From Defluviitaleaceae bacterium (GTDB lineage Bacteria; Bacillota; Clostridia; Lachnospirales; WQUN01): a stretch of 64,000 nucleotides of DNA. Both the position numbers and the translations under genes were made by a program. The notes beneath the pieces were generated by a model. That model searched no databases and was not told the origin of the DNA. It saw nothing but the letters and a program-made list of their open reading frames with translations. The DNA is taken from contig WQVK01000004.1 in assembly GCA_009784025.1 (NCBI GenBank), positions 13,903-77,902 of the forward strand. The letters are read 5' to 3'. Shown in pieces: positions 50,868 through 60,700 of this stretch (positions are counted from its first letter, which is position 1; each line of letters opens with the position of its first letter).

Positions 50868-51875
50868 ATGAGCAAACTGATAATCCCACCAGGTTATAAA
50901 TCTAAACTAAACCTGTACGAAACCCAAACCGCCATAGGCCAGCTAAAGCGCATATTTGAGGATAATCTTTCCCAGGCGTTAAACTTAAAGCGCGTGTCTG
51001 CGCCGCTTTTTGTAGAGGCTGGCAGCGGGCTAAATGACGACCTAGACGGCATCCAGCGCCCTGTAGGTTTTGACATTAAAGAAACTGGGCGCGAGGCGCA
51101 AATAGTACAATCTCTGGCTAAGTGGAAGCGGCTGGCGTTGTATAGATATGGCTTCCCGGTGGGGGAGGGCATTTATACAGATATGAACGCCATCCGCCGG
51201 GATGACGAAATAGACAATATCCATTCCGTTTATGTAGACCAATGGGATTGGGAGAAAGTAATAGACCAAAACTCCCGTAGCGAGGCCTACCTAAAGCAAA
51301 CGGTAAACGCAATAATAAACGCGATATGCATCACGGCAGAAAAAATTAAAAGCCAATTCCCGGCCATTGATGTGAAACTTAACCCACAAGTAAAATACAT
51401 CACCGCCCAAGAGCTGGAAGAAATGTACCCGGCAATGGACGACCGCCAGCGGGAATACGCAATGACAAAGGAATATGGCACAGTTTTTCTAATGCAAATA
51501 GGCCATGCGTTAAAATCTGGCCAGCCCCATGGCCACCGCGCCCCAGACTACGATGATTGGACGCTAAACGGTGATATCCTGTTTTGGAATGATGTCTTGG
51601 GCGAGGCTATAGAGCTTTCGTCCATGGCAATACGCGTCACGCCACAGGTGCTGGATAATCAGCTATCCATATCCGGCTGCGATTACCGGCGGGGGCTAAG
51701 TTACCACAAGATGTTGCTAAGCGGCAGCCTGCCTCTTACAATAGGCGGTGGCATAGGCCAGTCCCGGCTTTCCATGCTGCTGCTGCAAAAAGCACATATA
51801 GGCGAAGTGCAGGCCGGGGTATGGGATGACGAAACCCTAGCAGGCATGAGAGCCGCCGGGGTAGAGCTTTTGTAA
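50868..51875 (+). CDS. asnA: Aspartate--ammonia ligase (asparagine synthetase A)
   Basis: 335 aa. The sequence is AsnA-like throughout (ETQTAI..LKRVSAPLF, DWDWEKVI, GGGIGQSRL). Confidence 0.93.
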   Translation: MSKLIIPPGYKSKLNLYETQTAIGQLKRIFEDNLSQALNLKRVSAPLFVEAGSGLNDDLDGIQRPVGFDIKETGREAQIVQSLAKWKRLALYRYGFPVGEGIYTDMNAIRRDDEIDNIHSVYVDQWDWEKVIDQNSRSEAYLKQTVNAIINAICITAEKIKSQFPAIDVKLNPQVKYITAQELEEMYPAMDDRQREYAMTKEYGTVFLMQIGHALKSGQPHGHRAPDYDDWTLNGDILFWNDVLGEAIELSSMAIRVTPQVLDNQLSISGCDYRRGLSYHKMLLSGSLPLTIGGGIGQSRLSMLLLQKAHIGEVQAGVWDDETLAGMRAAGVELL

Positions 51876-51918
51876 TAATTTTGCCAACACAAAAATAAAG
51901 TATGAATGAAGGGAAAAT

Positions 51919-52614
51919 ATGATTAAATTAAAGAACCTAGAAAAACGCTTCGGGGAGCAAACCGTGCTTTCCGATGTATCGTTTGAAGTAGCCAGCCAAG
52001 AGATTTTTGCCCTGCTTGGGCCATCCGGCGCAGGCAAAACCACCATAATAAATATCCTAACAAAGCAGATAGCCCAAGATTCTGGTGAGGCGATTGTAGA
52101 TGCAACACCCCAAGAAGTAGGGCTGATGTTTGACGTGGGCGGTGTGTACCCGCATCTTAATTGCATAGAAAACCTAAGCTTATACGCCAAAATATACGAC
52201 CTGCCAAAAACTCGCGTGATGGAAACCCTACAAAGCGTAGGCCTAGAAGAATCTGCAAAAAAAACCGCCAGCACACTATCCAGAGGCATGCAGCAGCGCC
52301 TATCCCTGGCCCGCGCAATCCTGTACAAGCCAAAACTGCTAATACTGGACGAACCAACCAGCGCCCTAGACCCAGGCACAGCCCGCGGTATATGTAAACT
52401 GCTGCAAAAACTAAGTGACGAAGGCACAACCATTTTCTTAACCACCCACAACATGGACGAGGCCCTAAAGCTATGCGACCGTGTAGCCCTGCTAAACGGC
52501 GGCAAAATAGTAGCCCAGGGCGCACCAGAGGATCTATGTACCGAACATAATTCAATGCGAACCGTTCCAGATCTTGAAGCGGTATTCTTGAAGCTTACGG
52601 GGGTGGAACTATGA
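51919..52614 (+). CDS. ABC transporter ATP-binding protein
   Basis: Walker A is GPSGAGKTT, the signature is LSRGMQQRL and Walker B is LLILDEPT. Confidence 0.9.
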   Translation: MIKLKNLEKRFGEQTVLSDVSFEVASQEIFALLGPSGAGKTTIINILTKQIAQDSGEAIVDATPQEVGLMFDVGGVYPHLNCIENLSLYAKIYDLPKTRVMETLQSVGLEESAKKTASTLSRGMQQRLSLARAILYKPKLLILDEPTSALDPGTARGICKLLQKLSDEGTTIFLTTHNMDEALKLCDRVALLNGGKIVAQGAPEDLCTEHNSMRTVPDLEAVFLKLTGVEL

Positions 52615-53354
52615 AAAATATAAAAGCGATATTTTACAAGCAGTTTATAAGCAACCTGCGCGCCCCGGTGTTACTGTTTTACGGGGGATTGTTTTTAGTA
52701 TTTATGCTGATATTTTCATTTTTAGCAACGGATCATTCATGTGAAACAGGTGCATGTGTTCCGGAATATATTTGTCAGTATTGTGAAGAATCAAGATTTA
52801 GCCTGCCGGATATATCTATGGCCGGTATGTATATGGTAATGTTTGTGGGCATGGGTATTGTTGCATCTACATCTGCCCTTGTTGGCGAAGATAAAACCAC
52901 AAAGAACCTCAGGTTTATGAGCATGGCAGGGGTAACCCCTTGGCAGTATTTGATAGGAACATTTGCTGCAATGATGTTGTTCTCCACTGGCGTGATTCTC
53001 ATATACACAATCGCAGGCGGGTATTTTGGCTTGGATATGCTTGTTGTTGGGGGCGTTGCAACATTGGGCGCCATGGTGTCTGTGCTTTTTGGCGTAACTA
53101 TGGGGCTATCGAAATATCCTGTGGTTACTATGCCATTAGCCATGCTTTTGGGCATGGGGCCAATGTTGGCAGATGTAAATGAAAATGTTGCCGAAATTTT
53201 AAGCTTCACCTTCACCCAGCAAATACGCATAGCCATAGGCGAACTTGGCGAAGGCATAACAGGCAACCTTATTGTAATCGGCATAAACGCTGCAGTAGTC
53301 ATGGCTCTCTTCATCTTCCTAAACAGAAAAGGCAAACTTGTGGACGACGATTAA
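52611..53354 (+). CDS. ABC-2-type permease with Cys-rich first external loop
   Basis: 247 aa with about 6 TM helices and a 4-nt overlap with the ATPase. The loop is DHSCETGACVPEYICQYCEES. Confidence 0.75.
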   Translation: MKNIKAIFYKQFISNLRAPVLLFYGGLFLVFMLIFSFLATDHSCETGACVPEYICQYCEESRFSLPDISMAGMYMVMFVGMGIVASTSALVGEDKTTKNLRFMSMAGVTPWQYLIGTFAAMMLFSTGVILIYTIAGGYFGLDMLVVGGVATLGAMVSVLFGVTMGLSKYPVVTMPLAMLLGMGPMLADVNENVAEILSFTFTQQIRIAIGELGEGITGNLIVIGINAAVVMALFIFLNRKGKLVDDD

Positions 53355-53368
53355 ACAGGGGTGATTCA

Positions 53369-53920
53369 TTGCAATCTATAACAAACCTTACATTGCAGCA
53401 AAGCGGTAATAAAATACGCCTCATTTTCAACTGGCCAGCGGGTGTTACCCAGGTTCACATCGCTACAGCCAATGATTTCACCCAGGCCAAGCTTTTTACA
53501 CTACAAGAATACAAAATGTTCGGGGGGGCTGTGCTAGACAGCCCCCCGGGCACTACCAATTATTATATTTTCCCATCTTGTCACGATGCAGGAAGCTACC
53601 GCCCCACCGGCCAGGCCGCTCATGTCCAGCATATAAACCAAAGCATAATCCGTTTTACCCTAGAAGAAAAAATAGACCAATATAAGCAGCATAAGCTGAC
53701 CATCCACCCAGAGGGTTATATCCCCGCCGCCACAGTTTTTTACGTAAAAAATAATCACCCGCCTGCCAGCATAACAGACGGCATAAAATACCCCCTAGAG
53801 GCCATTCGCCAGCCCACCACCCGCATCATCCGTACAAATCTAGACGAATACATAAGATTATTCCTGGGGGATGGCGAAAACCTATACAAACTGGAAGGAC
53901 AACAAAATGGGACTTTTTAA
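53369..53920 (+). CDS. Hypothetical beta-rich protein, first gene of the GTPase module
   Basis: 183 aa. The TTG start has GGGGTG 6 nt upstream and lies 14 nt after the permease stop. I recognise no motif. Confidence 0.55.
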   Translation: MQSITNLTLQQSGNKIRLIFNWPAGVTQVHIATANDFTQAKLFTLQEYKMFGGAVLDSPPGTTNYYIFPSCHDAGSYRPTGQAAHVQHINQSIIRFTLEEKIDQYKQHKLTIHPEGYIPAATVFYVKNNHPPASITDGIKYPLEAIRQPTTRIIRTNLDEYIRLFLGDGENLYKLEGQQNGTF

Positions 53921-55148
53921 ACGCAAAAAGGCAGAAATAGAAAAGCAGCGGGCAGACAAAACCCACGAAATAGTATGCCTATACTGCTTCCGCAATTTCA
54001 CTCACGACAGGGTGCTTTTTCGCGCCTTCGAGGCCATAGATGCAGAAGGCTACCGGGCAGATTATGACCATGTGTTGGATGATTACCGCGCTCGCTTTCA
54101 TATGGACACCGCAGGTATACTGCCACCATTCCTAGACCCAGATAGCTTCCCAGAAGCCGCTAAGGGTTACCACCGTGGCGTGCTTTCCACGCTAAAGGAT
54201 GATTACAGCAACATCACCACCCGCCGTATATGCCCCTTCTGCCATAATGATATCCAGCAAAGCGCAGGTTATGCCCCTAGCACAATAATATCTGTGGTGG
54301 GCGGCACGCAGGCGGGTAAGTCTGTATACTTGACGGCCCTGGTGCATACATTAAAAACCATCACGCCGCGCAATTTCCCTATATTTTGCACCCCAATAAG
54401 CAACGAAATGGGTAAAAAGTTTAAGCTGGAATATGAAGGCCCACTTATAAATGACGGAATTTTGTTGGATTCTACCCAAAAGGAGAAACAGCAAGAGCCA
54501 TTTATATTTACATTCTCTTTCGCAGACGACAGGAAGCCGGAGATTAGCATTGCTTTCTTTGATATGGCTGGCGAGGGCATGGTTGACCCTGCGTATGTAG
54601 ACATTTATGCGGCAAATATCCGCAATTCTTCGGGGATTCTCTTTCTTGTAGACCCTACGCAGTTTAGCTCCATAGGGGGCAAGATTCTGCTGAAAAACGG
54701 CCTCAAGGATGAAGGATTCTACGACGAACCGGCAGATGTGCTAAGCGGGCTGGTGGAGGATTATATCTATAAGCAGGGTGGCGGGGTTTCTCAGATACCC
54801 ACGGCAGTGGTTATAACCAAGTCGGATTTGCTGGGGGCGCTGCGGCATGATGGCGAGTATATTTCCCCAAACAGCCCCATATTTGAGCATTTTAACCACC
54901 AGGAAAGCTTTAACTTATCAGCCTTTGACGATATTGATATAGATGTGGACGATTTTATATCTGCCGCAGACCCAAACTTCCGCAACGCGCTAAAACGCCG
55001 TTTTGCAAGGCTTGGTTTTTTTGCGGTGTCTGCACTAGGGTCTAAGCCAGAGGGTAGCCGAGTGGCGTCTTTTGCGCCATTGCGGGTTGACGAGCCGTTT
55101 CTCTGGCTACTGTACCAGCTGGGGTATATAGATGGGCATGAAGATTGA
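53907..55148 (+). CDS. Zn-ribbon-containing P-loop GTPase (TRAFAC-like)
   Basis: The start is MGLFKRKK (GGAAGGA upstream). The split ribbon is CLYC...CPFC. The GTPase motifs are G1 GGTQAGKS, G3 FFDMAGEG, G4 ITKSD and a possible G5 SALG. Confidence 0.75.
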   Translation: MGLFKRKKAEIEKQRADKTHEIVCLYCFRNFTHDRVLFRAFEAIDAEGYRADYDHVLDDYRARFHMDTAGILPPFLDPDSFPEAAKGYHRGVLSTLKDDYSNITTRRICPFCHNDIQQSAGYAPSTIISVVGGTQAGKSVYLTALVHTLKTITPRNFPIFCTPISNEMGKKFKLEYEGPLINDGILLDSTQKEKQQEPFIFTFSFADDRKPEISIAFFDMAGEGMVDPAYVDIYAANIRNSSGILFLVDPTQFSSIGGKILLKNGLKDEGFYDEPADVLSGLVEDYIYKQGGGVSQIPTAVVITKSDLLGALRHDGEYISPNSPIFEHFNHQESFNLSAFDDIDIDVDDFISAADPNFRNALKRRFARLGFFAVSALGSKPEGSRVASFAPLRVDEPFLWLLYQLGYIDGHED

Positions 55149-56343
55149 GCAACATATATACACGAGAGAACGCCGGGGGCTGTTTCGGCAAAATGAAGGC
55201 TACGACACAGTGGCCGCGTCTGCGGGGCTGGAGCTTGATTTTATCAAGAGGAATGTGCATCCGTATTGCATGTACCCAACAGCCCCAGCGGCTGCGCACC
55301 CCCCGGCTGTTACCGTAGTAAATTACCCCTGTGGCAGGATGCTTATTGGCCAAGCCGTTTACCGGGAGAAGGATTTCACTGGCCTGCGGGCAGCGTTTTT
55401 TGTACATAATTATATTTTGCCGCCTGAGGTGGCGACGAAAGTTTTGGGGAATATGGCAGAGGTTTTAGCCAGGCTGGAGTTTTTGACTGAATATGATATT
55501 GCGAAGGGCACAAGAATGGACTCGCTAGAGAGTTTGCCCCAGCATGGCGGGAAGATTACGCCGTATTATCCTGGGAATTTTGAGGAAATTTGGAGGGCTG
55601 TGTGCAGCGGAGGGAAGGTTTATGTAGCTACAGATAACCCTGTGGGGTTGCTGGTGGCGGTTTATCGGCATTTGCCAGTGGTGATGGCGCATAAATTGGG
55701 TGTTTGCACCCATACTGTTGAAATGGTGAACAAGAAGGGGATTGGGCTGGTTTTTTTGGCAGAGAGTGCAGAGGGGGAAGATGTGATAAGGGCATTGCCT
55801 TCGCTTGGTATCCTTGCAGATGTGGTGATGGAATATGATGTGCCTGCCATTGCTGAAAATACCCTTGCGTGTCGCTGTTGCGATATTCAGGCCGCAATGG
55901 CGGTGCAAAAATGCATATTCCGCGAGAATAATGTCCACCCCGCAGAAAAACTCCGAAACCTAAGCCATGGCAATTTTTTTCAAGAAATCAGTTTCTGGCA
56001 GGCGCGATTCCCAGAGCTTGACCGTTGCCATCGCTTTGCCCAGGCCAAGGCGCAATGGGTGGATAATATGCTAGACGGCCTATCTGCTACCCAGTTAGCT
56101 ACAATCCCGCAAAGTTTTATTAAGCAGGGCAAAACCCAGCGAAACCCGGAAATATTCGTAATGCTTGGTATTTTGAAAGCCGTTGCAGCCTCTCGCCACA
56201 TGCCAGACTTGCGATATTTGCTGGGAAGTTATATTATTAGCCCAGAGGTAAAACACAGGACTTTGTCAAATATTAAACGCATAAACGAGTACCGAGCCGC
56301 GCAAATGGCCGAAAGGATAAACCATGACCATAATCACAAATAG
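55132..56343 (+). CDS. GAP1-like (GTPase-associated protein) candidate, function unknown
   Basis: The N-terminus IEQHIYTRERRGLFRQNEGYDTVAASAGL resembles the recalled GAP1 N-terminal signature (HYTS..G...GFQ..A.S.G). A 17-nt overlap links it to the GTPase gene. This was not verified by a search. Confidence 0.5.
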   Translation: MGMKIEQHIYTRERRGLFRQNEGYDTVAASAGLELDFIKRNVHPYCMYPTAPAAAHPPAVTVVNYPCGRMLIGQAVYREKDFTGLRAAFFVHNYILPPEVATKVLGNMAEVLARLEFLTEYDIAKGTRMDSLESLPQHGGKITPYYPGNFEEIWRAVCSGGKVYVATDNPVGLLVAVYRHLPVVMAHKLGVCTHTVEMVNKKGIGLVFLAESAEGEDVIRALPSLGILADVVMEYDVPAIAENTLACRCCDIQAAMAVQKCIFRENNVHPAEKLRNLSHGNFFQEISFWQARFPELDRCHRFAQAKAQWVDNMLDGLSATQLATIPQSFIKQGKTQRNPEIFVMLGILKAVAASRHMPDLRYLLGSYIISPEVKHRTLSNIKRINEYRAAQMAERINHDHNHK

Positions 56344-57199
56344 TTTCGATAGGGCAGGGGAGCTGTATGCCGAACTGTTCAGCGAGTTTTTGCATATAAA
56401 TTTTATTGTACGCACGCTGCTTGTCGTTTTTATATTATGGCTGGTGGTTTTTGTGTTGGGGCAGGTTTTTAAATATGTATTTGCGCCGCTGGTTATTATT
56501 TTGTACACAAAGCTGGCGCTGCGGGCGTGGAATTATCTTTTTGTGGAAACATTGCAAGAATGGTTGTACATTCGCTATCATTCTAAAGACAAGCCCAGCC
56601 CGCTGTACTTGCGGCTTTGCGATAAAATCAAGGTAAACCGCCAAAAAATGGCCTACACCACTTATAGCGGTATCTTGCACCGCGGCAAAGTGCGCCGTGC
56701 CAGCCGTAGCCTTATTTTAATCTGCGGCATAACAGGAACACTTTGGGCTGGTGGCTTTGGCATGCACCAAGAATACGCTGCCCCAGCCATGGTGGCAGAT
56801 GTGGCAGAGCCAACATCCGCGCCAGAACCTACCCACATTTATGAAGAAACCTTCCCCACAGTAGTGGAAACTCCACCGCCTGCGCAGATATATCAATCTG
56901 GCTTCCTCAGCCCGGTTAACTGGGACACCGGCAGCCAAATTGTGCTGGCCTTAACAGAGCAAGGCCGCCAAGGGGCACGCCTGCGCAACGGCCCGGGCAT
57001 TGTGGATAATACGATAATTGAAATCCTGTGGGATGACGAACTGCTGCTGTACATGAACAGGTATGCAGCAGATGGGCAAGTACAGGGGTTATATTGGCTA
57101 TATGTACAAACCACCGGCGGTGAAGCCGGGTATATAAGCAGCCAAATAGTGGAGATTGCCGTGCTGGACGGGCTAGTGGCAGAAGAATATGAAGATTAG
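56324..57199 (+). CDS. Membrane protein with C-terminal SH3b-like domain
   Basis: 291 aa with 2-3 TM helices and a Pro-rich linker. The C-terminal segment GARLRNGPGIVDNTIIEILW...YWLYVQTTGGEAGYISSQIV is typical of bacterial SH3. Confidence 0.6.
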   Translation: MTIITNSFDRAGELYAELFSEFLHINFIVRTLLVVFILWLVVFVLGQVFKYVFAPLVIILYTKLALRAWNYLFVETLQEWLYIRYHSKDKPSPLYLRLCDKIKVNRQKMAYTTYSGILHRGKVRRASRSLILICGITGTLWAGGFGMHQEYAAPAMVADVAEPTSAPEPTHIYEETFPTVVETPPPAQIYQSGFLSPVNWDTGSQIVLALTEQGRQGARLRNGPGIVDNTIIEILWDDELLLYMNRYAADGQVQGLYWLYVQTTGGEAGYISSQIVEIAVLDGLVAEEYED

Positions 57200-57274
57200 T
57201 AAAATAAATGAGAAACAGCCTCGCCTAGGCGTTTTTGACGCGACAGGCGAGACCGATTTCGAATTATTTCACTA
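57199..57274. mobile_element. Family-B element, internally deleted (76 bp); its terminus overlaps the stop codon of the preceding gene
   Basis: The sequence is (TA)GTAAAATAAATGAGAAACAGCCTCGCC-TAGGCGTTTTTGACGCGACA-GGCGAGACCGATTTCGAATTATTTCACTAGG. Confidence 0.7.
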
Positions 57275-57276
57275 GG

Positions 57277-57325
57277 TCAGTCTTTTGCTTCTTCTGAAAT
57301 TGCTTTTTTTGTGATTTCAGAAGAA
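57277..57325 (-). repeat. Family-F 49-bp hairpin element (left copy)
   Basis: The sequence is TCAGTCTTTTGCTTCTTCTGAAATTGC-TTTTTTT-GTGATTTCAGAAGAA. Its reverse complement matches 63331..63379 at about 43 of 49 positions. Confidence 0.55.
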
Positions 57326-57403
57326 CTCCTCTATATGAAAACAAAGGCTGCAAAGTCACTTTTTGGTAGAAATATAACAAAAATTCTATATTTTGAATAA
57401 AAA

Positions 57404-57455
57404 ATGGTACCATACGGTACCATAAATTAGAGAAAATGGTACCGTATGGTACCAT
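57404..57455. repeat. Two tandem family-D GGTACC palindromes
   Basis: ATGGTACCATACGGTACCAT lies at 57404-57423 and ATGGTACCGTATGGTACCAT at 57436-57455. Both are flanked by A- and T-runs. Confidence 0.65.
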
Positions 57456-57648
57456 TTTTTTGGCAAAAAACCACTTTTTCATGGAAAATGTAAACTGAAA
57501 ACCCCGCAATTTCGCCATTTCTTATAAAAAATTAAACTTTTTTATAGAACTTTTTTCTAAAAAGTTTTTTGCGCTGTCGAAGGCAGAGCATCCGACGGTT
57601 TTAAACAAAATATTTAATATGCCAACCACGAAATAAATCGTGTAAAAG

Positions 57649-57677
57649 TAGACATCTTTCTACTGATATGTTAAGAT
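57649..57677 (+). promoter_or_regulatory. Possible promoter of the PKS gene
   Basis: TAGACA, a 17-nt spacer ending in TGT and TAAGAT (extended -10 like) lie about 100 nt upstream of the ATG. The call is by eye only. Confidence 0.3.
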
Positions 57678-57780
57678 ACCGACGCTTTATATGCGTTTTT
57701 TATTGGAATATAAAATTCGTGGCTTCAAGTTTTAACAATTGAATAATATTGTCTTAGAATTAAGGGGAGGTTTCTTTACA

Positions 57781-60700
57781 ATGGGAGAAATCATTTTTAA
57801 CGGCAAGAGCTTTAAGGAAGATGCTATTGCGGTGGTTGGTATTGGCTGCCGTTTTCCAGGAAATGTTAACGATGCAGACCAATTTTGGGATTTGCTAAAA
57901 AACGGTAAGGATGCAATTACAGAAGTGCCAAAAGACCGCTGGGATAGGCATACCTACTACCATAAAGACCGCAGCTTTAGTGGTAAAACTGTAAGCCAAA
58001 GGGGAGGGTTTATCGACAATTTTGATAAGTTTGACCCGCAATTTTTTGGCATTACGCCCAGAGAAGCCGCATTTATAGACCCTCAGCAAAGGGTTTTGAT
58101 GGAAGTAAGCTGGGAAGCAATGGAAGACGCCGGTATAGTAACAAAAAACTATGTAGGTTCAGATACTGGTGTTTATATAGGCGCATTTACTCTTGACTAT
58201 CAGCATGTTCAATTTAACTTGGACCATCTTGATGAAATAGATTTACATTCGGCCACAGGCAGCATGATGACACTTGTTGCCAACAGGCTTTCTTATATTT
58301 ACGACTTTACAGGCCCAAGCATAGCTATAGACACGGCATGCTCTGGGTCTCTTGTTGCTATCCACACCGCATGCCAAAGTATTAGAAATAAAGAATGCAC
58401 AATGGCCATAGCCGGCGGCGTTTTATTAAACTTTGCACCCCAGTATACAATAGCAGAATCTCGCGGCGGCTTCTTGTCTCCCGATGGAACATGTAAAACC
58501 TTAGATGAATCCGCCAATGGTTATGTAAGGGGAGAGGGCGCCGCGGTTGTTATACTAAAGCCACTAAAAGACGCAATTGCAGACAATGACCATATCTATT
58601 CACTTATTCTAGGCAGCGCAGTTAACCAAGACGGCCAGACAAACGGCATTACTGTACCCAATGGAGAATCACAAAAACAAGCAACCATAAAAGCCTGCGC
58701 CCAAGCCGGTATCCAGCCAAAAGAAGTGCAATATATAGAAATGCACGGCACAGGAACGCCAGTAGGCGACCCAATAGAGGCAAATGCCCTTGGTGAAACA
58801 TACGGCCTAGGCCGCGACAAAAACAAACCATGTATCATTGCCTCGGTTAAAACAAATATAGGCCATACAGAAAGTGTGGCTGGTGTTGCGGGCATAATCA
58901 AGACTTCTTTGGTGCTAAAAAATAAAAAAATCCCGCCCCATTTGCATTTAAAAAATATCAACCCAAAAATAAATTTAGAAGAGCTAAACCTAAAAGTGCC
59001 GCAAGAGCTTATGGATTACCCAAAGCATGAGGGCCTTGCAATGGCAGCAGTAAACAGCTTTGGTTTTGGCGGCACAAATGCTCATGCGGTTTTGTCTGAA
59101 GCGCCAGAGCCGCAAGTGTTTTCTTCACAAAAAAATGATGTAACGCGCATTTTCCCCATTTCTGCAAGGTCAGAAGCGGGGCTAAAAGCAATGGCAGAAA
59201 AATACCATGCGTTTTTGGCACAAAAGGATGTAAAGAATTTATATGATTTAGGCTACAGCATGTCCCAAAGGCGCGACCAGCACCCATACCGCCTAGGGGT
59301 TGTGGCCAAAAATATCACCCAGCTAAAAGAAAACCTGGCAGATTATATCCAAGGAAACCCTACACTAGGCGTTGCAGAAGGCAGAAACAAGGACAACAGC
59401 AACGATCTAGTTTTTGTTTTCACCGGCATGGGGCCGCAATGGTGGAAAATGGGCCGCGAGTTAATGGCTGCAGAACCAATTTTCATGGATGCCATCAAAG
59501 AATGCGATAAAGAATTCTTTAAATATGCAAAATGGTCCCTGCTTGAAGCAATGAATGCAGATGAAGAAGCCTCTGAAATGAGCCAAACAAAACTTGCCCA
59601 GCCAGCAAACTTTGCCCTTCAATACGGTTTAATTAAGCTGTGGGAATCTAAGGGGATTAAGGCAGACGCTATCATAGGCCACAGCGCAGGGGAAGTAGCG
59701 GCATTTTACAATGCTGGCGTTTTTAGCTTTGAAGACGCCATTAAAGTGATCTACAACCGAAGCAGCCTGCAACAAAGGTTAACAGGCCGTGGCAAAATGA
59801 TGGCCATAAGCCTGTCCAAAGAAGAATCAGAGCAGCTTATCGCCAACTACGAAGGCCTAGATATCGTTGCCATCAACAGCTTTTCTGGCGTAACAATAGC
59901 CGGCGAAGAAGATGAGTTGGCAAAAGTTGGAGAACATTTAACAGAACAAGGTATCTTCAACAAGCTGCTAGATGTGACAGTACCATTCCACAGCCGCTAC
60001 ATGGAAGAAATCAAAGATGATTTTATGGCAGGTATTGCAGATATAACATTCAACCAGCCCACAACCAAGCTTTATTCAACCACAATTGGCAAATGCGTTA
60101 CTGAACCAGTGGACGGCAGCTACCTATGGAACAATGTCCGCCATGCCGTTTATTTTGCAGATGCAATAACAACAATCCTAGATGACGGTTACACAAAATT
60201 CCTAGAAATAGGCCCTCACCCGGCATTAACATTCTATTTAAAAGAAATGTGCGCCGAAAGGAAAATAAACGGAACATTTATCAATTCCCTAAACCGCAAG
60301 CAAGGCGAGCAATTAACATTCTACAATGCGCTGGCATGTTTATACACAGAAGATATCCTAAACTTAACAGCCATGTACCCAGAAACGGGCAATTATATTA
60401 AATTGCCTTATTATGCATGGCAGCGCGATGTTTACTGGATGGAATCATCATCCACCGCAATAAGGCGCTTAGGCAAATACGACCGTATTCTACTTGGCAA
60501 AAAACTGCTAACAGCCCAGCCAACATGGGAAGTAGAGCTGAAAAAAGAGCTTGTGCCATTTGTAGAAGAGCATAGCATCGGCGGAACGCCATTATTCCCG
60601 GCGGCAGGCTATATCGAAATGGCTCTGCAAATGGCCAACCAGCATTACGGAAAAGGTTTCTTCACCTTAAACAATGTAGAATTCCTCAAAGCTGTTTTTA

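Noticed and set aside
51837-53335. Minus-strand ORFs of 222, 132 and 186 aa.
   Set aside because: They lie opposite the ABC ATPase and permease genes, which have canonical motifs. No independent support exists.
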